DNA from: Chlorokybus atmophyticus
Lineage: Eukaryota > Plantae > Mesostigma and Chlorokybus algae
Length of the DNA: 64,000 bases
Direction: 5' to 3'
Assembly: GCA_009103225.1 (NCBI GenBank)
Contig: RHPI01000193.1
Coordinates: 1 to 64,000 of the forward strand
Below are positions 10,180-21,200 of this stretch, piece by piece (within the stretch, counting starts at the first letter, position 1; each line of letters opens with the position of its first letter). The notes beneath the pieces are model-generated. The model made no database searches. It was not told the origin of the DNA and worked only from the letters and a program-made list of their open reading frames with translations. Made by a program: the position numbers and the translations under genes.

Positions 10180-12639
10180 CTATTGTGTGGGCTCCGGCAG
10201 CGTGTGGTATTCTGGCGGTGGTAGGGGCAAGATGCGATCATCGCGTGCCACGCGCGTGGTGCGTTGCCCCCCTGGTCCGTACGCAATAGTGGTGGGCTCC
10301 ACGTTGCGTAGAATCGACGCCCAGGCGCGTTCTGCTTGCGGCCCGCGTGGCACTTGCTGTGTGACGTCCAATGCTGGTGGCGGTGCCGTCCGGCCCTCAG
10401 GAAGTGGTGCGGTGGTTATGGCCGCACTACTTGAGGCGATGGTGGTGGCACCTGCCGCAGTCGTTGTCACTGAGGTGGCGGCTGTGAGGGTGGCAGCAGT
10501 TGCGGTTGATGTGGTCGCTCCGATGGAGGCAGGAGTGGTGGATTCACCACTTACGAACCCAACGACCATGGTTGCTGCGGCGTGGGTGCTCTCCATCACC
10601 GGGAACAGCGTGGTGCCAAGAGTGCTGACACCTGCTGTCGTGGTCGGTGTGGACGCCGACGGTGTCGTCAACGGCGTCGTCCCAGCGGTGGTTGTGGCTG
10701 CCGAGGCAGCACCGCATGTGGCGTCCGACGATGCCGCTGTTGACGACGCGCCAGCTTCCCTGCGCGCCCGTCTGAATGGTTGTACGCGTGACAGCGTGGG
10801 AGTGTCCCTATCCCGTTTTGGTGCCATCAATGCCCACCTAGCAGCATAGCAGGCTTGATAGTCCTGCTCCTTGTTTTCCTCCAGCTGTGCCACGCGCGCC
10901 ATCAGGGCTGCCACTTGGTCGATAGCCGGTGGATTGGTTGGTGCCTTTACAGCAGCAGCTCCAGCGCGAGGACGCCCCTCCAGTCCTTTGTGCTGTGGAG
11001 GGCGGTTTTTCCCTCTATAGCCAGCTTCTTCCTTGCGGGCGCCAGCGTTGTTGTTGTTGTTGGGGTTGTGGCCACCAGAGTTGTTGCCGTTGTTGCGACC
11101 ACCAGCGTTGTTGCTGTTGTTGTGGCCGCCAGCGTGGTTGCTGTTGTTGTAGCCCCCGTTGTTGTTGTGGTGGTTGTGGCCGCGGTAGCCAACAGCGTTG
11201 TTGCTGCTGTTGTAGCCAATAGGGGGCCGCAGCTCAGGGAACTTGAGCCAGCATACTGTCTCCAAGTGCCCCGTCTTGTGGCAGTGGTCGCACACAAGGT
11301 TGCCGTAATCTTCGGTGCACTCCTTCTGGTAGTGGCCATGTCGACCACACCGGTGGCGCAGCACTAAAGCCACAAGGGCAGCATGAGCTGACCGTTTATC
11401 CTTGTAATGGATGCCTTGCGACTCCCGGCTGCGGTCCCGCCGAAGAGGCTCTGCACTTGTGCCTGCCATAGGCCGTGAGGCACTGCGGTTGGTGTTCAGC
11501 ACCGCTTTGTCATACACTGCGCGCTTATGGATGGCTTGTGCAGTCTCGAAAGCTTCCTTGAGGGTGTAGCCAAGGGGCCTGCTGTAGTTCAGAGTCAGGC
11601 GTGTCGACTCGCTCAGAGCCGCATCCAACTCATTGACGTATATCACTGCAGCAGCCTCCTCACTGACAATCCTGTAGTCAGTGTCCTTCAGCAGACCTTC
11701 CAGTCTGGAGTACAAGCGGAGGGGATCCTCATTGGGCTTGCGTCGGAAGCGTCTCAGCTCCTCAACCTTGCTGGTGGTCTGAGGAGGGAAGGTGCGGCGC
11801 AGGGCAGCGTACAGGTCCTTGAGTGGCGAATCAGAGATGGCAGCACCTACGGAGATGGCTGGTGCGCGCAGTGCTACTGACCCGAGGGTGAAGGTACCTC
11901 CTGCACGAGAGCCAGGTGTTGCCGGAGGTAGAGGAGTACCCCACTCTGCGGCTGCCGCTTGCTGTGCAGCTCTTTGTTCCTCAATGATGACGGCAGAACG
12001 GTCAAGGATGCGGACTCGACGTGTGGCCTCCTTGGACTCAACTTCTGCAGGGGTCAAGTTGACAAGTACCAACTCCGGTTCCTCCTCCTCTGCCTGCTTG
12101 AGAGCTGCAGCTATGGACAAGCCTGTTACTGCAACTGAAGTGGCAGGTGGAACGACACCTGTTGGACGGTGCAGCGATGCAGATGCTATGGTGCTGGTAA
12201 GCTCGCCATAGCCGTCCACTCGATGCAGTTCAGCAACGGACTTCCGGACATCGTGTGTTTCATAATCAAGATACTGAGCAGCAATGTGGAAAGGGATCTC
12301 ATCTGACAAGTCTTTGTTCTTCAGAGCTTGCTGCCGCATCTTGGAGTGGAACTTGATGATGAACTCATCCAGCGAGGTGGTGCCGGCACGTCCGGAGAAG
12401 CGTAGGGATGTGGTTGAACTGGAAGACTCCATCTCGTTGTCGTCGCTGTCCGAGGATAGTGGAGAAGCTTGATGACGAGGAGTAGAGTGGAGCGGGGTGA
12501 AGCTGGAGATGGAGCGCGAGCCTCTGCTGCTGCGGTCGATGCTCCCGTCACTGGTCCGCTCGTAGGTGAGGTTGGTGGTTGAGCTCCAACTGCTGAGGTC
12601 ACCCTCGTCTATTGGGGAGAACGGGGTGGGCCTGCTCAT
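10180..12639 (-). CDS. Gag-like ORF (819 aa) of DNMT-Gypsy copy I
   Basis: FSGRAGTTSLDEFI and LRRFRRKPNEDPLRLYSRLE capsid-like segments; two CCHC knuckles (HRCGRHGHYQKEC degenerate, CDHCHKTGHLETVC); Asn/Gly-rich and Thr/Ala-rich tails; ends at a TAG in frame with pol. Confidence 0.85.
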   Translation of the reverse strand: MSRPTPFSPIDEGDLSSWSSTTNLTYERTSDGSIDRSSRGSRSISSFTPLHSTPRHQASPLSSDSDDNEMESSSSTTSLRFSGRAGTTSLDEFIIKFHSKMRQQALKNKDLSDEIPFHIAAQYLDYETHDVRKSVAELHRVDGYGELTSTIASASLHRPTGVVPPATSVAVTGLSIAAALKQAEEEEPELVLVNLTPAEVESKEATRRVRILDRSAVIIEEQRAAQQAAAAEWGTPLPPATPGSRAGGTFTLGSVALRAPAISVGAAISDSPLKDLYAALRRTFPPQTTSKVEELRRFRRKPNEDPLRLYSRLEGLLKDTDYRIVSEEAAAVIYVNELDAALSESTRLTLNYSRPLGYTLKEAFETAQAIHKRAVYDKAVLNTNRSASRPMAGTSAEPLRRDRSRESQGIHYKDKRSAHAALVALVLRHRCGRHGHYQKECTEDYGNLVCDHCHKTGHLETVCWLKFPELRPPIGYNSSNNAVGYRGHNHHNNNGGYNNSNHAGGHNNSNNAGGRNNGNNSGGHNPNNNNNAGARKEEAGYRGKNRPPQHKGLEGRPRAGAAAVKAPTNPPAIDQVAALMARVAQLEENKEQDYQACYAARWALMAPKRDRDTPTLSRVQPFRRARREAGASSTAASSDATCGAASAATTTAGTTPLTTPSASTPTTTAGVSTLGTTLFPVMESTHAAATMVVGFVSGESTTPASIGATTSTATAATLTAATSVTTTAAGATTIASSSAAITTAPLPEGRTAPPPALDVTQQVPRGPQAERAWASILRNVEPTTIAYGPGGQRTTRVARDDRILPLPPPEYHTLPEPTQ

Positions 12640-12839
12640 ACAGCTGGTGCGATGGTGAAAGTGGAATGAAGGGTAGAGTGTTTGTGTTCTACAATGGGAT
12701 CTCCAGCGCTGCTATCACCCAACACACTAGCGCTTGTGCGCGCTATGCGATGACGGTGACAACACTGCACTGTGATGTGTACAACTACAGATTGCGATGC
12801 TGATGTACAGCTTGCAACTACACTCACTTTAGCAAAGAG

Positions 12840-12850
12840 GGTGACACTGT
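12840..12850 (-). promoter_or_regulatory. Putative self-priming primer-binding site ACAGTGTCACC
   Basis: Immediately 3' of A1 and exactly complementary to GGTGACACTGT at 13145-13135, which lies 32 nt downstream of the TATA box. Confidence 0.7.
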
Positions 12851-13456
12851 AAGTCAACAAGCCACTACTATATGTAGTGCTGTTTATACAGTTCTTTGCG
12901 TGAGTGGGAGAGGAATTACACTGTTAAGTGAGGTGAATGAGCAAGCAACATGTGGATGCTATGCCCTGACTGATGCCAACAAGCACACCGCGACCAAGTA
13001 CACAAAGCTCACAGCAAGAACAAGCGCAGTGCACAAAAACATGCACATGCTCTCACACGGTGAGGGGATTCTTGGGAACCAGGACGGTGTGTTCGTAGTT
13101 CAAGTCGCTTCACAAGCTCTTAGCTTTCTCACTTACAGTGTCACCAGCTGATCCGGTGAACACTGTGCCTACTTATACAAGTCAACTCATGACTGTCCAG
13201 AACATAAGCTAACGGTCATATCGAGGCTATTTCCACAGGAAATGCCCACTCGATATAGAACCGGACTTATAACTGAACTCACAATTGAACAGCTACGCGC
13301 GGTGCCTATGCAGGCTATGGTCACGAGCTAATCTAGGGACATGACCTAGCTACTGGTCAGAGGCGAGCGCGGGTTGCCATGCTGGTAAGCCGGGCGAGGG
13401 TCTTTGCTGTAGGCATGCCCGATGACGACGGGCATGCTTGGGCGATAGGCATGACA
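12851..13456 (-). repeat. 5' repeat A1 of DNMT-Gypsy copy I (606 bp) with promoter
   Basis: Begins TGTCATGCC next to TSD AGAT; matches A2; TATAAG at 13177-13172 (minus); no B repeat at this end. Confidence 0.9.
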
Positions 13457-16400
13457 AGATGGACATCGAGCTGGTAGACACTGAGCCGGTGTTCCGGCGA
13501 CAATACAGGCTCTCCAAGTTGAAAGAGGACCTGGTGGAACAAAGATGTAAGGCGCTGCTTGATGCAGGCCTTATCGAAGAGTCCACATCGGACTTCGGAG
13601 CAGCAACTGTCATGCCACTGAAGAAGGATTCAGCAGGCAACTGGACAGAACGACGCATGTGTGGCGACTATCGCCCCCTCAACAACAAGACCAAGCAAGA
13701 CAGGTACCCCATGCCCACAGCGGAGGGTATCTTTGATGATGTGGGAGACTGCACAGTCTTCAGCATCCTGGACCTGCGTCAAGGGTACAACCAAATCGCC
13801 ATCAAGGACGAGGACAAGCACAAGACCTCCTTCTGGGGCAACCGACAGTTGTACCAATGGAAGGTAATGCCGTTCGGGCTGAAGAACGCCCCCGCCAAGT
13901 TTCAACGCGTCATAGACAAGGCCTTGAAGGGGCTGGACTGCGCACGGTGCTACATCGATGACGTCCTCATCTTCAGCCCCAGCGACGAGGAGCATCTTCA
14001 GCACATCGAAGCGGTGCTGGAACGACTCAAGGGAGTGGGGATGACCGTACACCCCGACAAGTGTACCTTCTTCACCCACAAGGTGCCGTACTTAGGGCAC
14101 ATGATTGTGCCCCATGGTGTGTATGTGCAGCAAGCAAAAGTAGAGGCTCTGGCAGCTATCCCTGCCCCGACAGACCTCACACGCCTGCGCGCTTTCTTGG
14201 GACTTGCCAACTACTATCGCCGGTTCGTGAAGGACTTCGCGAAGATCGCCAGGCCCCTCAATGAGCTACTGAAGAAGGAGGTGGAGTTCGGATGGAAGGA
14301 GCCGCAACAGCAGGCCTTCGAGGAGCTGAAGAGCAGACTCACCAGCGCTCCCATCCTTCAACGTCCGGACTACGCCAAGCCTTTCATCCTTCACACCGAG
14401 TGGAGCAAGCTGGGGATGGGAGCGGTGCTGGTGCAGCACGATGAGAACAAGAAGGAGCGGGTGGTGTCATACGCCAGCCGAAGCAACAACAGCGCCGAGG
14501 CCAACTACAGCAGCTACGAAGGGGAATGCCTCGCTGCAGTGTGGGCCATCTCCTTCTTCCGACCTTTCCTCTTTGGTCGGCAGTTCCAACTGATCACCGA
14601 TCATCAGCCCCTCAAGTGGCTAATGACCAACCAACATCTGACAGGGAAACTTGCTCGATGGGCCCTGCTGTTGCAGGAATACAACTTCGAGATTGACCAC
14701 CGCGCTGGCCTCACCAACCAAGACGCCGATGGCCTCAGTCGCAACCCTCACCTCAGCACCAACGATGCAACTGGAGCCCGGCATGAGCTCGTCCCTGCAG
14801 CAACAGCCCCCACCATGGCAGCCATGTTCGCTGCTGCCGCGTTGCGCTCAGAGCGCAAGACCAACACCACGGCCTCAGCAATAGCAGAGGAAATTCCTGC
14901 CCTTGAGCCGACAGACCCTGCTACGACCCCACCCTTGGGAGACGTCCACGCAGCCGACATTGACGTCGATAACACAGAGCTGGCGTCCACTGACACCAGG
15001 CAGGACATATGGCAGGACAAGCCATCATTCTCCTTTCTTCAAAGTGGCCAGCTTCTCTCCGGCATGAGCGCTCGAGAGAAGGACCGAGTCAACCAACGCA
15101 CCCGTCACTATCGATGGGCAGGTGACAAGCTGTATCGCCGCTTCCACGACGAAGACAAGGAAGTGCCGACCCCGGTCACGCGCGAGGGCATCATCACTTC
15201 CCTCCACACTGAGCTTGGACACTTCGGTGTCAAGCGTACAGTCAGCCTAATGAGGGCACAATATTGGTGGTATGGGTTAACAAAACAGGTGCAGGGATTC
15301 GTCAGCCACTGCCAACAGTGTGACATGGTGCCCGCCAGCCTCAACACGCGTAGCGCCACCTTGCACCCACTCCCCATCTCCGGTCTCTTTTACCGATGGG
15401 GACTCGACATATTGGGGGACTTGGCACCCTCAGCGCGTGGCAACCGGTACATCCTGGTCATGATCGAGCACTTCTCCAAATGGGTGGAGCTGGTACCAAT
15501 ACCCGACAAGAGCAGCAGGGGGGTGTTCCAAGCCTTCCTCTCTCACGTTCTCAGCCGATTTGGCAGTTGCGCCGAGGTCATCACTGACCAAGGTACTGAG
15601 TTCAGAGGGGAATTCGACACCCTCTTGGACAAATGTTACATCGACCACCGCCGTACCTTGCGTGATCACCCTCAAGCCGACGGCTTCGCCGAGCGTACAG
15701 TACAGACCATAAAGAAGGCACTCCGCAAGTACGTGTTGGAGTACGAGAACACTTGGGATGATCACCTCCCGTGGGTGGCCCTCGGATATTGATTGTCAAA
15801 GCAGGCGGCTCTGCGGGAGTACAGCCCGTACTACCTGCTGTTCGGGCGATCACCATTGCTCCCCTTCCGTGCGCAGCAGTAGGTGGATCGCGTCGGGAAC
15901 AACCTCGACGACCCTGACTTGATGCACCACGACATCACGCGCGCCGCGCTGTTCGAGCGCACCGTTTCCATGGCCTTCAACAACCTGCGTATCGCGCAGC
16001 ATCGCGACATGCTGCGCTACGAGCGCGTACGCAGCGGCTTCTACAAGGAGCGCCACCGGCGGTTCCAAGCGGGGGACTTTGCCTATCGCATGGCAGCCAC
16101 CAAAGACACGCTTGACACCTCCGTAGGCCGCACCGTCTACAAGGTACTCAAAGTGTACCCCACAGGGGTGCTGGACCTCTTTGGTCAAAACGGAGAGAGG
16201 TTAAAGGACAACATGGTGAACTGTGCGCCATGTCACCTTCCTTATGTAGCCGGCTTCGGGCGTATCCAGCACCCTCGTTTCGCGCGCAGCACACGCTGTG
16301 AACGCTGCGGCAGCGCCGGCGACGACGCACTCATGATGCTCTGCGATGGCTGCAACAAGGGCCTGCATTGCTACTGCCTGGAGCCACCTCTGAACGCGAT

Positions 16401-16461
16401 ACCTATGGAGGAGTATTGGTGCGACGATTGCCGTACCAACGGCCCTCCTCACTTGCGCTAG
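13457..16461 (+). pseudogene. Pol 3' part (RT-RNase H-integrase-PHD) of DNMT-Gypsy copy T, with in-frame stops
   Basis: Highly similar to 2389-5400; stops near 15790 (CGG>TGA) and 15880 (GAG>TAG); PHD retained. Confidence 0.92.
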
Positions 16462-16505
16462 CAGCTGAGCTCTGAAGCTGGAACCTCCCCCAAAGCTCAG
16501 GGGGG

Positions 16506-17586
16506 GTGGCTTGTTGACTTTGTGTGCTACAGCACAGCATGTACACTAGGGAGGACACCGACTCCATCTGCCCGCACTACTCAGCAGCAGCAGACCAGCT
16601 GCACAGAGCACTTGTTACCATGAGGGTTGGGGTCATCTTTTGCTTTTTGCTGCACGTTGCACAGGTGGCGCAGCAGCATGTCCAGCACGGCATGGCTGTC
16701 CATGCAGCTGTCCGAGACAGCGTGACCCTCGACTCCCCTCGACCCGACAGCTGTCATGCCTATCGCCCAAGCATGCCAGTCGTCATCGGGCATGCCTACA
16801 GCAAGACCCTCGCCCGGCTTACCAGCATGGCGACCCGCGCGCGTCTCTGACCAGTAGCTAGGTCATGTCTCTGGAGTAGCTCATGACCATAGCCTACATG
16901 GGCACCGCGCGTAGCTGTTCAGTTGTGAGTTCAGTTGTAAGTTGGGTTCTATATCGAGTGAGTGTGGAAATAGCCTCAATATGACCGTTAGCTTATGTTC
17001 TGGACAGTCATGAGTTGACTTGTATAAGTAGGCACAGTGTTCACCGGATCAGCTGGTGACACTGTAAGTGAGAAAGCTAAGAGCTTGTGAAGCAACTTGA
17101 ACTACGAAACACGCCGTCCTGGTTCTCAAGAATCCCCTCACCGTGTGAGAGCCTGTGCATGTTCTTGTGCACTGTGCTTGTCTTTGCTGTGAGTTTTGTG
17201 TACTTGGTTGCGGTGTGCTCGTTGGCATCAATCAAGGCATAGCATCCACGTGTTGCTTGCTCATTCACCTCACTTAACAGTGTAATTTCTCTTCCACTCA
17301 TGCAAAGAACTGTGTAAACAGCACTACCTATAGTAGTGGCTTGTTGACTTTGTGTGCTACAGCACAGCATGTACACTAGGGAGGACACCGACTCCATCTG
17401 CCCGCACTACTCAGCAGCTCTGTGCAGCAGACCAGCTGCACAGAGCACTTGTCACCATGAGGGTTGGGGTCATCTTTTGCTTTTTGCTGCACGTTGCACA
17501 GGTGGCGCAGCAGCATGTCCAGCACGGCATGGCTGTCCATGCAGCTGTCCGAGACAGCGTGACCCTCGACTCCCCTCGACCCGACA
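16506..17586 (+). repeat. 3' split direct repeat B1-A2-B2 of DNMT-Gypsy copy T
   Basis: B1 16506-16749, GC, A2 16752-17350, B2 17336-17586; palindrome GACAGCTGTC at 16746-16755; ends CCCGACA. Confidence 0.9.
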
Positions 17587-18273
17587 TGACGCTCTCCTCC
17601 TTACTGTACTTACTGTGTTGTAGTACACACAGGCAACAAGGCACTACGATAGGTAGTGCTGTATATACAGTTCTTTGCATGAGTGGATGATGTGTTACAC
17701 TGTCAAGTGAGGTGAATGAACAAGCAACTCAGAGATGCTATGTTCTAACTGATACAGCAAACACACCACCGCCAAGTTTAAAGCAGTGACAAGCATAAGA
17801 GCATACACTGTATCTCACGCAGTAAGGCAAGTCTTGGCAAACGGGACGGTGTGCTTCCAGTTCAAGTCGCTTCACAAGCTCTTAAAGTTAGAGTCTCTAA
17901 TTTGAGTACTCACTCACAATGTCACCAGCAAGTCTAGTGACATGACTTCCTACTTATACATGTCAAATCATGACTGTGCAGTGCCACGCGGGCACTATGC
18001 CAACGGTCACATTGAGGTCGTATGCTACTACGAAAATCCCCTAAGACTCCATATAGCACATGAGCTGATAACAGATTCCCATTGATCAGCTATGCGCGGT
18101 TCCTACGGAGAGGTCTATAGAGTAGCCCTAGCTACCTGCTACATGAAGTACGAAATAGCTGGCTGTAAGTAGTAGGCTGGGGCGCGCGCGGTCTTCATGT
18201 TGGTAGCCCAGGCTTAGGACTGGATGTAGGCATGCTCGAGGAGGACTGGCATGCGAGGGTATTGGGCATGACA
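17587..18273 (-). repeat. Diverged solo A(+partial B) repeat of a related subfamily
   Basis: Minus strand starts TGTCATGCCC at 18273 and keeps TATAAG and GGTGACATTGTGAGT. A runs straight into B-like sequence, which is interrupted by the copy T end. It abuts chromovirus gag at 18274. Confidence 0.72.
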
Positions 18274-21200
18274 ATGCGCAAGTGTTACGTGTGCGGATTG
18301 ACAGAACATTTGGCGTTCAATTGCTCCAAGCGGCGCACGCAAACGTCTGCATCAGCTGGCAACACATATCGCGCACGACGCATCAACGCAATGGAGGAAG
18401 ATAGCGTGGAGGCTCAGGGAAACGACTCCCCCCAGTAGGTAAGGAGGCTATTGCTGGCAATGAGGGGGAGCCTCACGCACAAATGAAAATTGTGACATCG
18501 CAACCAAGGAGGAAAATGGAGGTGGCTATGAATACGCCCATGGTGGTAAGTTATGCAAGCGAATAGGCAACAAAGTACGTTGGGCTTCTAGCACGCATTT
18601 GCGATGACCGAGGACAATGGAGGGAGTGCAAGCTTATGGTTGATAGTGGTGCAAACAGCAACTTCATGAGTGAGGAGGTTGCACGGCGCTACGGTTGGCT
18701 TTCACGATTACGAGGAGGAGAAGTGAAACTCGCTGATGGGGAACCACCCTCTGGAGGTACCGGTGCTGCGTTTTTAACCAAGGAGTTGTGTGTTCACGTG
18801 GGAAAGTTGAAGGAGAATATGCGGTTTTGCTGCATCACCCTACGGAATGGGTTTGATGTAATTTGAGACTACCGTGGCTGTGGCAACATAACCCATTTAT
18901 CAATTGGAGGAAGCGTGTGCTCACCATCAAGGGGAACGATTAAGAGTCCATTCAAGGTCTACGCGCGTGCTCTATCGAAGTGGAAGACCACTCTTGCTAG
19001 GAAAGCAAGAAGGGCTTTGTCATAGTTGCATCGGACGTCGCTAAGGCAAGTATGCGCACGTGTGATGAGCACCTGCAAGGGGATACAAGCACTGGAAAGG
19101 CACGGCACGTGCAATCAGGTGGGATTAGCATTGCTCAAGTTTTCTATGTGCAATTGAGGAGGCTGCTATCCCCCCGAAAAGTGAAGGCTGCATGGTTGTG
19201 CGTAGTGCGTCAGAGCACGAAGTCAGCACCGAAGATGAGTGACTGCACTGAGATAGCCACGATGGACCCCGAGGTGTGCAAACTTGTTCAGGATTACCAA
19301 AATATCAAGGTGAACGGACTTCCAGCTGGTCTGCCACCCTCACGGAGCGTTGATCACCGTGTGGAGTTGATTGAGGGCGTGCACAAGCCACCCTCACAGG
19401 CCTGTATATAAGTTGTCACCTCTGAAGTTGGGAGAGGCCGAGAAGCAGATAGCGAATTTGTAAGGGTAGGTTACATCTAGCCAAGTAAGTCACCTTATGG
19501 TGCACCAATACTGTTCGTGCGAAAGAAGAACGGGAGCCGTATGTGCATTGATTACCGAGCGCTCTACACCATTACAAAGAACAACTGCTTTCCGCTACCG
19601 CATATTGACGACTTGCTAGAGCAGCTACAAGGTGCGCAGTACTTTACCATACTTGATCTTGCTGGAGGGTATCATTGGATCCGCATCGCACCTGAGGACA
19701 GCATTCCACACGCGCTATGTACAGTATAAGTGGTTAGTGATGTCGTTTGGGCTTACATACGCGCAAGCGACATTTCTGACGTTGACGAGCAGCGTTTTTG
19801 CTGACGTGCTGGGTAAGGGAGTCCTCGTGTACCTCAACGACATTCTAGTGTACTCGAAGACGAGCATGTGAGTTTTCTACGGCGCGGGTTGCAGCGTTTA
19901 CGCGAGCACAAGTTGTACGCTCAGCTACAGAAGTGCAAGTTTTTGCTACGCGAGGTGGAGTACCTGGGCCGCATTGTGTCACACGAAGGGATCAAGCCGG
20001 ACCCCAACAAAGTGCAAGTGGTGCACGAATGGTCTGCCCCGACCAACGTGAAGGAGGTAATGTCGTTCTGTGGCCTTGCGGGGTATTATCGCAAGTTTAT
20101 CATGGGATTTTCGCGCATTCCGGCCCCTTTGACCACCCTATTCAAGAAAGGGAAGTCTTGGAGTTGGTCTCCAAAGGAAGAGCATGCATTTGTTGCGTCG
20201 CAGAAGGCGTTGGTAAAGGCACCCGTCTTGGCTCACCCCGACATGGACAAACCCTTCATTTTGGCTTGTGACGCATCCGACACAGCCGGGACAGCTGTGT
20301 TACGGCAAGACCAAGGCATGGGTCTTCAACCTATAGCGTTCTTTAGTAAGGATCAGAGTGGAGTGGAGCAGAGTTGAACTACACTGTGCACGAGAAGGAG
20401 CTATTGGCGCAAGTGATGGCGCTGCGACAATGGCGATAATTTCTTGAGGGCAAAAGGTTTGTGCTGGAGACGGACCATTCCCCATTGAGGTACTTACAGA
20501 CACAACCACATCTGAGCCGGAGACAAGCGCGGTGGTTGGAGTTCTTTTTTAACTTTTTGATTTTGAGATCAAGTACAAGCCCGGTACGTGTTATATTGTG
20601 GCCGACGCGCTAAGCTGGTTGAATGCGATTGAAGCACTCGCCCAAGTGCAACCAGAGTGGGCCAACCAGATCCGACAAGTGCTTTGCAAAGACATAGAAG
20701 GTAGGAGAGTGTTGCGGAACATAGAGAGCACAGCAACGGACACAAGTGGACATTGGACAAAGCAAGACGACCTACTATAGCATCATGACCGCTTGTACAT
20801 CCCCAATGTTGCACATATGCGTTCATCTTTTGAAAGGAGCTCATGACGTACCCATTGCTGGCCACCAAGGAGTGGAGAGGATATTGGCAAGCTTGTAACA
20901 ACGCTTTTACGGGCGGGAGATGCATCGTGATGTACGCGACTATATGGCGTTGTGCGACGCATGTTGAAGGGTGAAAGCAAGCAACCAAAAGCCAGGTGGG
21001 TTATTACACCCTCTTCCCGTGCCATTGTCCAAGTGGGAGCAAGTTACTATGGACTTTATTACGGGGCTGCCTAAGGCAACAGAAGGGTACGACACAATAC
21101 TCGAGTTTGTAGACAAAACCAGCAAAATGGTACGCTTGGCACCGTGTTGTGAGTCTTGCACGGCACTAAAGGCAGCAAGCTTGCTTATGAAGCAAGTGTT

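Noticed and set aside
10115-11367. Plus-strand Val/Ala-rich ORFs (244, 170 aa) and other antisense ORFs over gag/pol
   Set aside because: Shadow frames of low-complexity gag and of GC-rich pol sequence.
1460-17586. DIRS/Ngaro tyrosine-recombinase element suggested by the split direct repeats
   Set aside because: No tyrosine recombinase motifs were seen; a full HHCC-DDE integrase, protease, TG...CA ends and a TSD are present.
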